From the NCBI RefSeq assembly GCF_009914755.1, contig NC_060933.1: 64,000 bases of DNA. One strand, written 5' to 3'. Shown piece after piece: positions 29,696 through 45,240 of this stretch (position 1 is its first letter; each line of letters starts with the position of its first letter). Origin of the DNA: the human T2T-CHM13v2.0 reference genome, Homo sapiens. The position numbers and the translations under genes were made by a program. Under the pieces are notes generated by a model. The model ran no database searches. It had not been told where the DNA came from and was given only the letters and a program-made list of their open reading frames with translations.

Positions 29696-30139
29696 AGGAC
29701 TGTCATGTTATTTATGAGCTAATATCTGTAAAGTGCTGAGAACCATTCCTCACAGTAATGCAATTTATACAAGTGTTTCTTAAAGAAAGCATACTGCTCA
29801 TGGATTTGAAAATCATGTCTCAGTAAGCTAACTCCCTGTTTGATATCCAGAACATTCCTGCATCACCCAGTGGGGGAAGCACCAAATCCTGTTGCTCTTT
29901 CACTGCCATGCAAGTGCCTGGCCATGGAAGTTGGAGTCAGAATCCTTGTCACACCTTCCAAAAGTTTCACCAGAGGTTCAGAGAATCCAGAGAGGGCTGG
30001 ATCTCCACCCTTCCAGGGAGAGGGAACAAACAGTGGGCTTCAGCAGCCTGACTCAGGAGCAAATTCCTAGATGACTCTACCTGGAACATGGCACACTGGG
30101 GCTCAGGGCTGTGAAACTCAGAGCAAAAACAAGGCCAGT

Positions 30140-30465
30140 GTTGACTGAGGCTCTCACCCTCCACTGCACGTTCAAACCATCTGGAGACCCTCAGATGGCT
30201 CCACACCTGGCCTCTCCCCAGGCAGAGCTCTGAAGTGGGACCTGGGCTTCAGAATTCTGAAACCTCCCAAGCGATTTCAAGACACACCAAAGCCTAAAAG
30301 TAACTGAAATGATGGGTTTCCGACGCTCCTGTGCTTGCGAGTCACTTGGGGACCTTGTTAAGATACAGACTCTCACTCAGTGGGGCCGGCTGAAATTCTG
30401 CATTGCTAGCAATCTCCTGGCAATGTTCATGCCTCTGGTCTGTGGACCACGCTTTGAGTAGCAGA
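30140..30465. mobile_element. Adjacent MER5A/MER5B-like hAT MITEs
   Basis: AGTCACTTGGGGACCTTGTTAAGATACAGACT and GGACCACGCTTTGAGTAGCA motifs. Confidence 0.65.
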
Positions 30466-31074
30466 AAAATAGAGCAGCATTTCTTAGTCTTGTCTTGTCT
30501 TTTTAACTCTATGCTTCCCACTGATTAATGTACAAATCCCATGCCTTCTTTTAATATTATTTGAAAACTGCACAGTAAATTAAATATTGCAACTAAAACC
30601 AAGTGTTAATTTGAGGGGACAAAATTCTGCATTGTTTGCACAACTCACTTCTGGGCCTTCCCATCCCACCAACACCTACAATCTGGGAAAACACCCTGTT
30701 GCAAAAACAACTGGAGGTGGCACCCATCCGGCTTCACCCAGGTTTCCACCGGCTCCTTCACCCGGCACCTAAAGGACTCACCACCCAACCCCCTATTGGG
30801 GTCTTGCTTCACCCATCAACAAGCAAGATAATGTCAGGTGGCCTCAAAGGGCCTTTCCAATATCACTAGGGACTTTTGATCTTAAATCATCTTTTAATCT
30901 TTTCCATCCCATGGATCCTCGGCCTCCTCTGTGACTTCCAGGAAAGAAGCAGGCCTCCAAAAGCATTTTCTACCACAGGCACTTGTGCCTAGGGACTTTC
31001 CTGACAAGGACATGAACAGGCACATCAGGGTTGGTGACCACACCATAAGATGCTGGCAGGAACAAGGCCTAGGC

Positions 31075-31272
31075 CAAGGGTTGAGGAAACTATCTATAAG
31101 GGCTAGATGGCCTCTCAGGCTCTGCTGTGAGCTCACCACTATTCGGCTCCACCCCTGAAGCACAAAGAGCCACAGATGGTGTGTGAACAAAGGGTGTGAC
31201 TGCGTTCCAGTAATATTCACTTCACAAAAACAAGCGTTGGGCCGGATTTGGCCCACAGGCTGTAGTTACCGG
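31075..31272 (-). mobile_element. MER58A-like MITE
   Basis: GGGCCGGATTTGGCCCACAGGCTGTAGTT terminal motif. Confidence 0.75.
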
Positions 31273-31385
31273 AGAGCAGTGCTTCTCAAACTTTAATAGC
31301 ACAGAGATCACTCAGGGATCTAGTTAAAATACAGATTCTGAGAACATGGATTTGAGTGCAGCACTGTCCAACAGAAATATGATGG

Positions 31386-31967
<582 letters not shown>

Positions 31968-33161
31968 TTAAAATTTCCTGGTAGAGACTTTAAGTTAAAA
32001 AAAAAGTGAAATTAATATTAATAAGATACTTTATTTAATCGAATATACCCAAAAGAGTATGCTTTCATCATGTGGCACTAACCACATTTCCAGTGGCCAT
32101 AGTCATGGTTACACAGGATCAAGCCTGAAAGCCTGCATTTCAGACAAGCTCCCAGGTGACAAGAATGCTGCCAGTCCAGGGACCTCGCTTTGTAGGAAGG
32201 GCCCAAAGAATGCTATCTTCTACCTGGGCTGGTGAGACAGCTGTGGAGCTTCCACACAATTTTCTACAGGACACTTGGCAAACTGAATATGTATCCTAAG
32301 ATAGGAATGCTTGAAGTCACATCTTAGGGAACATCCAGCTCATTGATACCATCCTTGTGCGTGATTATCAAGTAATCTTTCTCAAACACTCTCACCAGGT
32401 ATTTTACACAAAGCCCAGTAAATGGGGGCCCTGTCTCCTCCATATCACACAAAGGAAATGACATGTGTGGATAAGGAATGACAGGACAAGTGTGTGCTGG
32501 CGCCATCCACGGCCTTTACACTGGCCTCTCCAAGAAGTTCACAGTTCCATGAGCAAGGCTTAGGAATTCCCATTTTACGGAGGAGGAACCAATCTCCAAG
32601 CTTAAGAAGCTGCAGCTAGAAATGAGCAACCCTGTGCCTGAGGCCCAAGTCCATCCATTTCCAAAAGGCTAGGCTCATAATCCAAGGAGTGCAGCATACA
32701 AGATGCCGCCAGGCATGAGTCACAGACATTTCTATTTCAATATTTTTAATAGAACATCTCCAGTTTATCAAACTCGTGATATGTCACAGACAAAATTGCT
32801 TACCTTAAGCTGAGGATTATTTTAAGAATCTGTTTCAATTTTATTTATTTTTTAAGCCAAGAATTTCCAGTTTTTATTTCTATAACATGACTTAACAAGA
32901 AAAACATTCCCCCAATTTTTTAAAAATTAGGTTGGATTAATTTACAATATATGAATCAACTTAAAATATCAGCCCTTTTATTTAGAGCCAAGGATGCTAT
33001 TTTAACAGCAGAATTGCACCATTGATACTTTTACCTGTATTTGATGGCACAGATATGCAAAAGTCATACGACTTCCACTGACACCCTCTCCTCCCTCCAG
33101 AGTAGCATTCACGTAATTTATCTTAGGTCAGTTACAAGTTATATGTAAGAAATGGTTAAGT

Positions 33162-33333
33162 GGGCTGGGCATGGTTGGTGGCCCATGCTTGTAATCCCAG
33201 CACTTTGGGAGGCCTGGTGGGGGGTGTTAGGTGGGGGGAATCGCTTTGAGCCTAGGAGGTCAAGGCTGCAGTGAGCTATGATTGCCCCACTGCACTCCAG
33301 CCTGGGCACCAGCACGAGACCCTGTCTATAAAA
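33162..33333 (+). mobile_element. Monomeric Alu (FRAM/AluJ-like) with a G-rich insert
   Basis: Left-arm-like start CCCAGCACTTTGGGAGGC joined through a G-rich insert to a J-type right arm. Confidence 0.85.
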
Positions 33334-33703
33334 GGGAAGGGGAAGGGGTGGGGCAGGGGAAGGGAGAGGAAGAAAGGAAGGAGAGAAAGAAAAGGGAGAA
33401 AGAGAGGGAAAGAAGAAGGGAGGGAGGGAGGAAAGAAGGAAAAAAGGAAGGAAGGAAGGAAAGAGAGGAAAGAGAGGAGGGAAGGAGGGAGGGAGGGAGG
33501 AGAGAGGAAAGAGAGAAAGAGGAGCGAAGGAGGGAGGAAGGAAGGAAGGAGAGAGAGGAAAGAGAAAGAGGAGGGAAGGAGGGAGGAAGGGAGGGAAGGA
33601 AGGAAAGAGAGGAAAGAGGGGAGGAACGGAAGGAGGGAAAGAGGGAAGGAAGGAGGGAGGGAAGGAGGGAGGGAGGAAGGAAGGAAGGAAGGAAGGAAGG
33701 AAG
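33334..33703. repeat. Polypurine (GGAA/GGGA/GAGA)n tract
   Basis: About 370 nt nearly pure A/G. Confidence 0.97.
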
Positions 33704-33799
33704 CTAAGCAATATAACCCTGTGGCAACATTTGTAAAAGTGACTCTGAGAAGACAGAAAGATCCTCTATGAGAGACTGGTGTCCCCAGGAATTGGCGAG

Positions 33800-35520
33800 G
33801 CCTGCTGAGGATCATTTGGGTAAATGTCATGGTCACGCGGCCCCATTCTCTTCGCTGAGCTCCGGATTTCCGTAGCCAATTGTCTGCTGGACATTCCTCC
33901 CTGAGACATCTCACAGGTAACCCGCTCCAAAGTCAATTTTAGGGCCCTCCTCCCCACTGCGTCCGTCCTCCTGCTCTCCTGGCCTCTGGAATGGTCCCCG
34001 CCCAGCCAGTTTCTGACACCAGACGCTGTCCTGGGCCTCGCCCCGCCTTCCCACCCCCACCCAAACGCGCGTACTCTCGGCCTGGCCTGCGTAGGCCCGG
34101 CCCGCACCCGCCCTGCCGGGCTCCTGCTCCATTGCTGCCCCAGCCCACGTCCCTCACGGCTAGACCCTGAGTCTGTCACCCATTGGCAGCGCCCAGAATG
34201 GGCCAAGCACCCTCCCCGCCCCTCTCCAGGGTGCTGCTGGCCTCGCTTCCGCGGCCCCTCCCGCGAGGCCTACCCCCACCCCCACCCCGCGGCGCCCCTT
34301 GGTTCTCCTTCCTGGCCCCTGGCCCCCACTTTACATCCTGATTTGTAACCCCGCAGTGACTAACATAGCTCCCACCTCCTGGCCTGTTCACGGGGGTCCC
34401 CAGGGGTGCGCGGACCGTGCGGGGGTCCCCGCGGCCAACCCAGCGCCAGAAGCGCAGGGAGCACGTGGCAAACGGTGGGGGGAACAATCAAGACGGACCC
34501 AAAGCGGTTGCAGCAGAGAGGGAGGCATCCAATCCCGTCCACCAGCCCCCAAAGGCCGTCGTCCTGCCTGGAGAACCTAGCAGTGCTAGGCAAGGTTCAC
34601 TAGTAAAGAAAAATATCTGACCGGCTCCAGCTCCAGCCCAAGCTGCTGGTCGGGGCGAGAGGCCTGGGGACCTGTCCAGGGCAGGAGCCCCCGCACTGCG
34701 GGGGAATCCTCCTACTACTGCACGGGGTGGAGGGGGCGGGCGGGGGGGGAACATGCAGGCCCTGGAGCCCCACTCAGAAGACGCCTGAGCAGAGGCGCCT
34801 CGGCTCTACCCAGCTCAGCCCCCGCCCCCGCACTGCACATCCCCTCTGTGGGCTTCCATCCTTCCTCCCCTTCCCCCCACCACCACCCAAACTGCCCCCA
34901 GGGCTCTGCTGAGGCTTCCCTGCTGTCTGGGCAGGGGCTGTTGGTTCCTCAGGAGCACGCCGTGAGATGAGCACCCAGGGAGTGACGAAGGGGGCTCCAG
35001 GGGATACTGGGGAGGGCGAGTCAGAGCAGGGCCCAGAGGGGAGCAGCAGGCAGGGCACAATTTCGGGCCAGTTCCGGGGCAGGGTGGGTGGAGCCCAACC
35101 CCTAGGGGAACTCGGATCCTAATGACACCCTCAAGTCTGCCCGTCTGCCCGGGCTTCTTACTCCCACTCTGGTCCTCTTGGCCAAAGGCATGAGGCCGGG
35201 AGGACGGCGATGAGGATCAAAACCCCTGGGTCCTTCCTGCCTCTGCGCCTGCCAGCAAAACAGCTCCATGAGTCCAAGGGCAGCTCAAGGGCAGGCCACG
35301 GGAGCCACAGGTCCTGGCCATACAGCAAAAACATACGGAAGCCAGGGCAGTGCAGACACAGCAACAGGACAGAGGGGCCTGGCTGGAGCGCCAATGCCAG
35401 GGGTCTCTCAAGGCCCGCAACACGGTGTCCTTCTTGGACTAGAGTCTCAGTTAAATAACAAAGAGGGGATCTGATGACGTCCACGTGGGCTTCTCCCTGC
35501 CTTTGGTGGCGCCCCGGCCC
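33800..35520. promoter_or_regulatory. CpG-island-like promoter/enhancer (core about 33950-34850)
   Basis: Hand count of about 37 CpGs in 34021-34500; GC boxes at 33996, 34214 and 34820; CCAAT at 33876 and ATTGG at 34182; CACGTG at 34462. Confidence 0.75.
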
Positions 35521-38139
35521 TCCTGTGCGTCCTCCTGGCCCTGCTCAGATCCTAGGAGCCATCACACACTCAACATCCCCAGGCAGCACCAGCACCAAAG
35601 CCCCTCATTCCATAGCCCTCTAACACCTGGCTCAGAGTGAGCTCAGCTTCTTTTCTTCACACATGTCTTCATGGCAGCAAGGGAATCAAAAACTCTCCTC
35701 CTGGCCACCCACGGAAATGCAGCTGTCACCAGATGGAAAAGGAGGAGAAGATGCAGTGGGCTTGGGTGGTCCCAGGTGGCCCCTGGCCGGACTCTTTCCC
35801 TCAGTTGGGGGACAGAGGCTGATTGGAAGAGCACCTCCTTCCCAACGCTTGAGGACAGGGCCTTCCCTGACACCTGTGCCTGGGCTGGTCTTCTGCACCC
35901 TTAGCCTCAAGTAGCCTCAGACCACTGCAGTGCTGTTGAGGGTTATCCATAGCGTTTTTTTCCTGTGCTTTGGGTCTCCTTTGCCATCTGCAGCTGGACT
36001 AGGGGTCTTGGATTGCCAGGGAGGCTTCTGTGAAGTGGGCTGAAGAGAGCCCTTCCTCACTCGGAAGGCACAGCACAGCCCCGCCGCATTTATAAGTGAA
36101 AAGGGAGACCCCACTGTGATGGGGATCCTTCTGCCATTCCCCCAAGACCCCGGGATTGATGAGAGGCATTCAGAACTGCAAGGGGCATGAGGGGGCTGTC
36201 ATGTCCTTGTCTGGGCGGCCTCCCAGGCTCAAATTGCTGCCTGAGAACAGGTGGCAGAACATTCCTGAATATTTAACCCTTGGCTCGCAAGAGTGCAGGA
36301 ATGACAGTTCTGTGCCTGAGGAAACGATTCGTGTCACTCGCACCTCACTTAGGACAACTCGTGCTTTACAGAAATTTACTAATGTTAAAGAATGATTTGT
36401 GGTTTCTTTGCTCAAATACAGGAAACTGACTTTTCTCAAAAATGAACTCTCCCTACCAATCTGCACCATGAAATTATTTCAGCAAACAAAAAATAATGGT
36501 TGCCCATCACCGCACACTGCGTGTGACTCAGCCATCACTCACAGGCAAAGAAGGGTGTTCTCTCCTCTCCCTGTCAGTTACTAATTCTCTGTAAATGACC
36601 ATTTGACATCCTGGCCGGGGAGGATTCAGATCAGAGATGACTTCCCCACTGCCACAAAGTATGGTTCTGGGAAGGACAACCAGCCCCAAGGCCACGAAGG
36701 TTCTGAAAAAGTTTCTTCTCATTTGAAGTCCAGTATTTCCTCGGCCCCATTTTTCTGTTAAACAATCCTTTTCCCTTGGAGATTGCTAAAGCTTAGCTCC
36801 AGGGCCAGCCTAAGCTCCAGCAGAACTGGGAGCGTCTCCTGTGTCTACATAGCTCCCTTCCCTCCTGCCTTCCTACTATCAAAGGAGAAACAGCGTGTAA
36901 TTTGATTTTTTCCCCTTCTCCTCACTTGCCATACTGTGTTCTTTGCCTGGGCCTGTGCCTCTCCTTGCAGAGGCTGTGGACAGGAGCACCGAGAGCCACT
37001 TCCTGGAGCATGCTCCCCACCCCCGCAGCCTGTGGCTTCAGCCTCTGCTTCTGCAGACAGCGGTGGAGGAAGTCAGGACTGTCCCTTCTGACCTGAACAC
37101 CTACCTCCAAGTCCTCCCTGTCGCCACAGAGACCCGGCAATGCAAGTGAGTCCTGTTTGACCTCGTCAATCATCGCAGACTGTAAAGGTGACTCGGATGC
37201 TCAAGAAACGAGCATACCCAGCAGTGGGCCCCAGACTTCTCGCAGGCCCAGGTCCTCCTGGGTGCACAGAGACCTACCAGACAACGGTCCGGCTGCACTG
37301 GTGTTGTGAGATGCCTGTGTCAGAAGACACTGAGTTCCTCACTCGCCTCCTATCATGCCGATGATCACAGGAGAAAGAGCAGGGCACATGCATGCCAGCA
37401 TGCTGAAGGGAGGCCAAAACCCATGCTTGAAAACCACAGGTCCTGTTCTAGGAGCAGGAGATATATTTAGCCAAGCAGGATGTTTGTGGGTAAACCAACA
37501 TTTTGCTGTAAATAAAATTCTGCAAACTCGGGACTTTGAGAATTGCAGAAGCTTACTTTGCCTGCGTATTGGCAAGAGAGCTATTTTCCTAACACAAGCT
37601 CACCATGACCCTCATTCAGAGATGCGCTTGACGCCGAGGGTGGTGCCTTTTCGCTAAGGGGTGCTGTCAGGGGATTGAGTAGGAGCCTGAAGAGCTAGGA
37701 GTATCTTCTCCCTGGGCAGACCAGCAGGCAGACCCTGTCCCTTCACACTACAGTGGCACGTGATGGGCCCCACTGCCCACCTGGTTCTGGTGTCCAGGCT
37801 GAAGTCCTCGTGTGACACTCCAAACTGTTCTGGCAAGGAAGGCTCACGGGTTCTGACCTACACTCTGAAACTGACCAGTAGTGATAAACTCCGCATGGAC
37901 TTCAGCCATCATTGCGTACGTAAGAAATACGTGTTGCACACAGAGTGCTTCTCTACATTCCCAGGTTTGCCACTCCCCGACTTTTGCTGAAGCAGGTTTC
38001 TACTCCATCAGTCCCACAGATGTGTTCACAGGGCCAGCACTGAGTGTGGTGCTGGGGAAGGCATGTGCTTGGAGGCAGCCCTGTGAGATGGCACAGCCTA
38101 GGGGAGGAGTCATGGTGGGGAAGACCCTGGCCACGCATG

Positions 38140-38648
38140 ATAGAGGAAGCGTGGCCACACAGTCTTTGCTGTCCCTGCCACAGCATGGTGCTGTAAGTCT
38201 CCTCCTTCCGAGTCTGTGCAGACTTATGTGACACATTTGACCCAACAGAAATGCAGCATTTGTGGTGTGTGAAAGTTCCAGACCAGGCCACAGCGAGCTC
38301 CGTGGCTTCGGCTGTGTCTCCTGGAGCACTTGCTCTCAGGACCCCCTCTCTCAGAGCCCAGGCACCACGCCGTGAGAGAGCCCCAGCCACAGAGACAGGC
38401 TACGTGTAGGTGCTTTCATCAAAGTGCCACCTGTGCCTCCCCGCAGCAGTGTCAGGCCACCAGCTTGAACAGGCAGCTCCAGCCTCCAGTGGAGGCTTCA
38501 GAGGACAGCATCAAACAGCATCCACAAAGGAGACCCACCTTGTGAAAAGCGCCTAGCCAAGCCCTGCCCAAATCCCTGGCCTGTGCAATTGTGAGCAAAG
38601 CAATTCAATTTGGAGTGGTTTTATGCTGCAGTAGGTGACCAAAGCACT
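38140..38648 (+). mobile_element. MLT1 (F/G/H-like) LTR
   Basis: TGACCCAACAGAAATGCAGCA, GCCAAGCCCTGCCCAAAT and TTTGGAGTGGTTTTATGCTGCAGTAG motifs. Confidence 0.65.
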
Positions 38649-39410
38649 ATGGAAGTGAATATCAGGAGCCCCTCACTGGGATGTCAGAAGACATTCAAGG
38701 AAGGTTTCCTGGAAGATTTAGTACCTCAGGTGGTACAGGAGAAGGCGAGATGGAGAGAAAGCAACCCCAGTCTGAAGACGCAGTGGTAAGAAAGGGTCAT
38801 TCCCCTGGGCATGTGTGGTCTGCTGGGGGATGACAGCCGAGGTGAACTTGAAGCAGAGGACACTCAGACAAGCTGCACTCTGAATCCCGCTACACTGACC
38901 GCAGCACTTGCTGAAGAAGCCGCCTCGCCACGCCCAAGCCCTGCAGAGGGAAGGACTGAGGAAGGCAGCTCAGAGGCCTCAGGCAGCCACAGTGTGCATG
39001 CTTGTCTATGACTCACAGCTACGACGTGGCCTGTGCTGCTGCAGCTGCTGATAAGCCTCAAACCTCATATACCACTCTCTTCCGAGGATTTTTTAAATAC
39101 ACAAAACTGGGAGTGAGAGGGGTATTTAATTCCCCTACTAACACATGTTGGGCGCAGCTGGAGCAGCCAGGCCCACTGTAGCTGGGAAGATGCGGTGCCT
39201 TGAGGTGCAGGCACTGCTCACTGCCACATGTGAGCACAGGTTCTGAGGGTGAAAGGTCCCTGGTATCTGGCCAGAGTGTTAGACTCTGGAACATAAGAAG
39301 CCCCCGAGGTGGTGGAGAAGGTCTAGCCAGGCTCCAGACTGGCTTCACAGAGGTAATGCTTTTTGGTTTGAAATCCGTAAGAGCGCACTACAACTTCAGG
39401 GCAAGCTCCA

Positions 39411-39593
39411 ACAGTGCTTCTCAAACTTTAATGAGCACCCAAATCATCAGGGGGCGCGGGGGCAGTGGGTCGCTTACTAAAATGAAGATTCTGCATCAGG
39501 AGGTCTGGGGCGGTGACACGATTCTGTGTTTCTAACACGTTCCTGGGTGAGGCTGAAGCCACTAGTCCATGAAGCACACTTTGAGTAGCAAGA
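39411..39593. mobile_element. MER5B MITE
   Basis: CAGTGCTTCTCAAACTTTAA...CACACTTTGAGTAGCAAG termini. Confidence 0.8.
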
Positions 39594-39787
39594 ATGTGGA
39601 GGAACTGTCCCAGGATGGGCCATGATTTACCTGAATTCTCACAGTGGCTTAGACAATGGAGACCTTGTCCACAACTAAAAAATAAAAATAAAATCGAACC
39701 ACACTCATTGTTCCAGGAAACAGCAATAACATTGGAAATAAATCAAATGGTTTATTACTGAGATTGTATTATCAGAGCTATATATTA

Positions 39788-41019
<1,232 letters not shown>

Positions 41020-41772
41020 AGTGGGAAATGGGTGCCTTAGGCAAAAACTGCCCGATAAGAATGCAACAACCATTACACAACTAAAGTGGGTGATCTTCAA
41101 TGACATAATCAGAAAAGAACCTGAGATCAGTTTCTCACTCAACAGGATTTATGGAGAGAGGCCAACAAAAAGTAAGGCCTCAATTTAGCAAACTGAACTA
41201 AAAGCCAAGTCTAATTTGCATTCTTTAGAATGCTTGGGGTCAGCCGGGAGTCTCTCCCATTAGAATGCCTGGGGTGGCCCAGGTGTCTCTATCATTAGAC
41301 TGCCCGGGCTCGGCCGGGAGATTCCTAGAACACACTGGGTCAAGTAAAATAACAACAAACAAACAAACAAAAACCTTTAGAAACATTTATTTTATGTTCA
41401 CTGAAAACACTTCATCGCGGCAGCAACTTCAATTATTTAGTATTTTGCACCTCCAAGGCAAAATTTCATAAACAAACAGGTGATGTTTCTTAGAAAACGA
41501 ACTGTTTATATTTAGCATTATTTTCTTTCTCTCATGCCAGTTTCCTGGAGGGCATCTCTCACACCAATTTCCTAGAGGGAAAAGTTTACCTGCAAAGCTA
41601 GAAGGGGCTTAATGCCAACATTCCCTGATGCACCCAGTGAGAACATGAAGAGATGTGGATTTCCTCTCCTTCCCTTATTAATTGTTTTGTGCCATTTAGA
41701 GCAAATTTGATGCATAAGACTCTAATTCAAAAGAAAATGAGTTTTTACTTTACCAAAAGTGTAAACCTTTTT

Positions 41773-42145
<373 letters not shown>

Positions 42146-43200
42146 CTATTAATTGAGGTTTGAAATGTACACGCATAGTAGCACAGTGGGTGAAATGACT
42201 GATCTGAAGTGTGCCACTCACTGAATCTGCTCATGTATACGTTCACGTGAGCACCACTCAGCTTCCCCAGATTTCCTTGCTATCCATCCCAGTCTATAAT
42301 TACCCCCAACCAGAGGCAAGGCAGCGTTTTAGAAACTTTATTGAGGGTATGATTTCTGTCCAGTAAATTGTGTCCACTTCAAGCTTCCAGTCCAGTGAGT
42401 TTGACTATGTGCACACTCAGGTCACAAACCAAGGTCACAATCAGGAGGCAACACACCTTCATCACCCACAAGGGACACACCTTGGTCACCTTTGCCTCAT
42501 CTCCCACCACCCTGGGCACCAGGACACCACACATCTGTTTTTTAAATCACTATAGATTAGTTTGAGTTGTTTAATTTGTGTGTAAGAGAAATCATGAAGG
42601 ATATACTCTTTTCTGGCTAGCCTCTCTCACCCGGCATAGTGATCTGGAGATTCCTTGATGCTGTGGGGAGTATAAAGAGTTCATTCTCTTTCATTGCTGA
42701 ATAGTATTCCATTGTATGGATATACAACAGTGATTCTCCATTCACCTGTTAATAGACATGTGGGGTTTTTCCAGTTTGGGGCTACTGTGAATAAAGCTGG
42801 TATGAGCATTCACCCACAGGTATTTGTGTGAACATATGTTTTATTTATTCTGGGAAAATACCCAAAAGTGGCAAAACTAGGTCATATGAAAAGTATATGC
42901 TTAACTTTAAGAAATTGCCCAATAGTTTGCTAAAGTGTTTGCATCATTTACACTCCCACCAAGACTGATTTGGTATTGTCGGTCTGTAATTTTAGCCATC
43001 CTAGTGGACGTGTAGTGATCTCTCATTGCAGTTTTGTTTGCAATTCACAGACAACTGATGATGTTGAACATCTTTTCATGGTTTTTTTGGCCATTTATAT
43101 ATGTTATATTTGTTGGTCATTTCTATATCTTCTTTGGTGAAGTGTCTGTTCAAATAATTTGCCCATGTATACATTGTATTCTTTGTCCTTTTACTATTTT

Positions 43201-44231
<1,031 letters not shown>

Positions 44232-44252
44232 TGTCCTTTTACTATTTTGAGG

Positions 44253-44556
44253 TTTTTTTCTTTTTCTTTTCTGGAGACATGGTCTCACTCTGTTGCCCAA
44301 GCTGGAATACAATGACATGATCATAGCTCACTGCAGGCTTGAGCTCCTGGGCTTCAGTGATCCTCCTACCTTAGCCTCCTGAGTAGCTGAGACTACAGGC
44401 ATGCACCACCACTCCTGACTATATCTTTAATTTTTTTGTAGAGATGGGGTCTCACTATGTTGCCTGGGTTGGTCTCAAACCCCTGGGCTCAAGCTATTTT
44501 CCCACTCTGGCTTCCCAGAACACTGGGATTACAGATGTGAGCCACTATACCCAGCC
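44253..44556 (-). mobile_element. AluJ
   Basis: ATCATAGCTCACTGCAG and CCCTGGGCTCAAGC J-type sequence. Confidence 0.93.
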
Positions 44557-45240
44557 TTAATATTAAGATTTAAGCACAATTTATGTTTTGTGATTACAAG
44601 TTATCATCAGATATAGGTATTGCTAATATTTCCTCCTATTCTGTGACTTGCCTTCATTTCTTAGTAGTGCCTTTGAAAAGCAAAAGCTGTAAATTTTGAT
44701 AAGTCCAGTTTATCAATTTTTTATGGATTGTGCTTTATGTATCCTATGTAAAAAACATATGCCACTCAAGGTTGCAAGGATTGTCTCCTATGTTTTCTTC
44801 TAGGATTTTTATGTGTATGGTCATTTCAAGTGAATTTTGTATACAGAGCAAGGTAAGAGTTGATGTTCATTTTTTCCTTATGCATATACTCAGTTGTTGA
44901 AAAAAACATTTCTTTCTTCATTAATTTGAGTGGGTATCTTTGTTAAAAATTGATTATCTATGGCTATCTTTGCCTGTCTATGACTATCCCTCTTATGTTC
45001 AAGGGCGCTATGTATCTAACATTTCAGTATTACCATACTACTTGGTTACTGTAGTTTTGTAGGAAGTCTTAAAATCAAGTGGTGTCAGCCCTCCAACTTC
45101 TTAAAAATGTCTTTGACTAATGTAGGTCCTTTATATTTTCAAGTAAATTTTAGAATCAGTTTCTCAACTTCTACAAAAAATTCTTTGCTAAAATTTTGAT
45201 TAGGATTGCATTGAATCCATGGATCAATTTGAGAACTGAT

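Noticed and set aside
33139-33914. Long overlapping ORFs (141-212 aa)
   Set aside because: Same artefact from the purine repeat and Alu
33766-35484. GC-rich ORFs as a coding first exon
   Set aside because: No recognisable domain; stop-codon scarcity is explained by GC content
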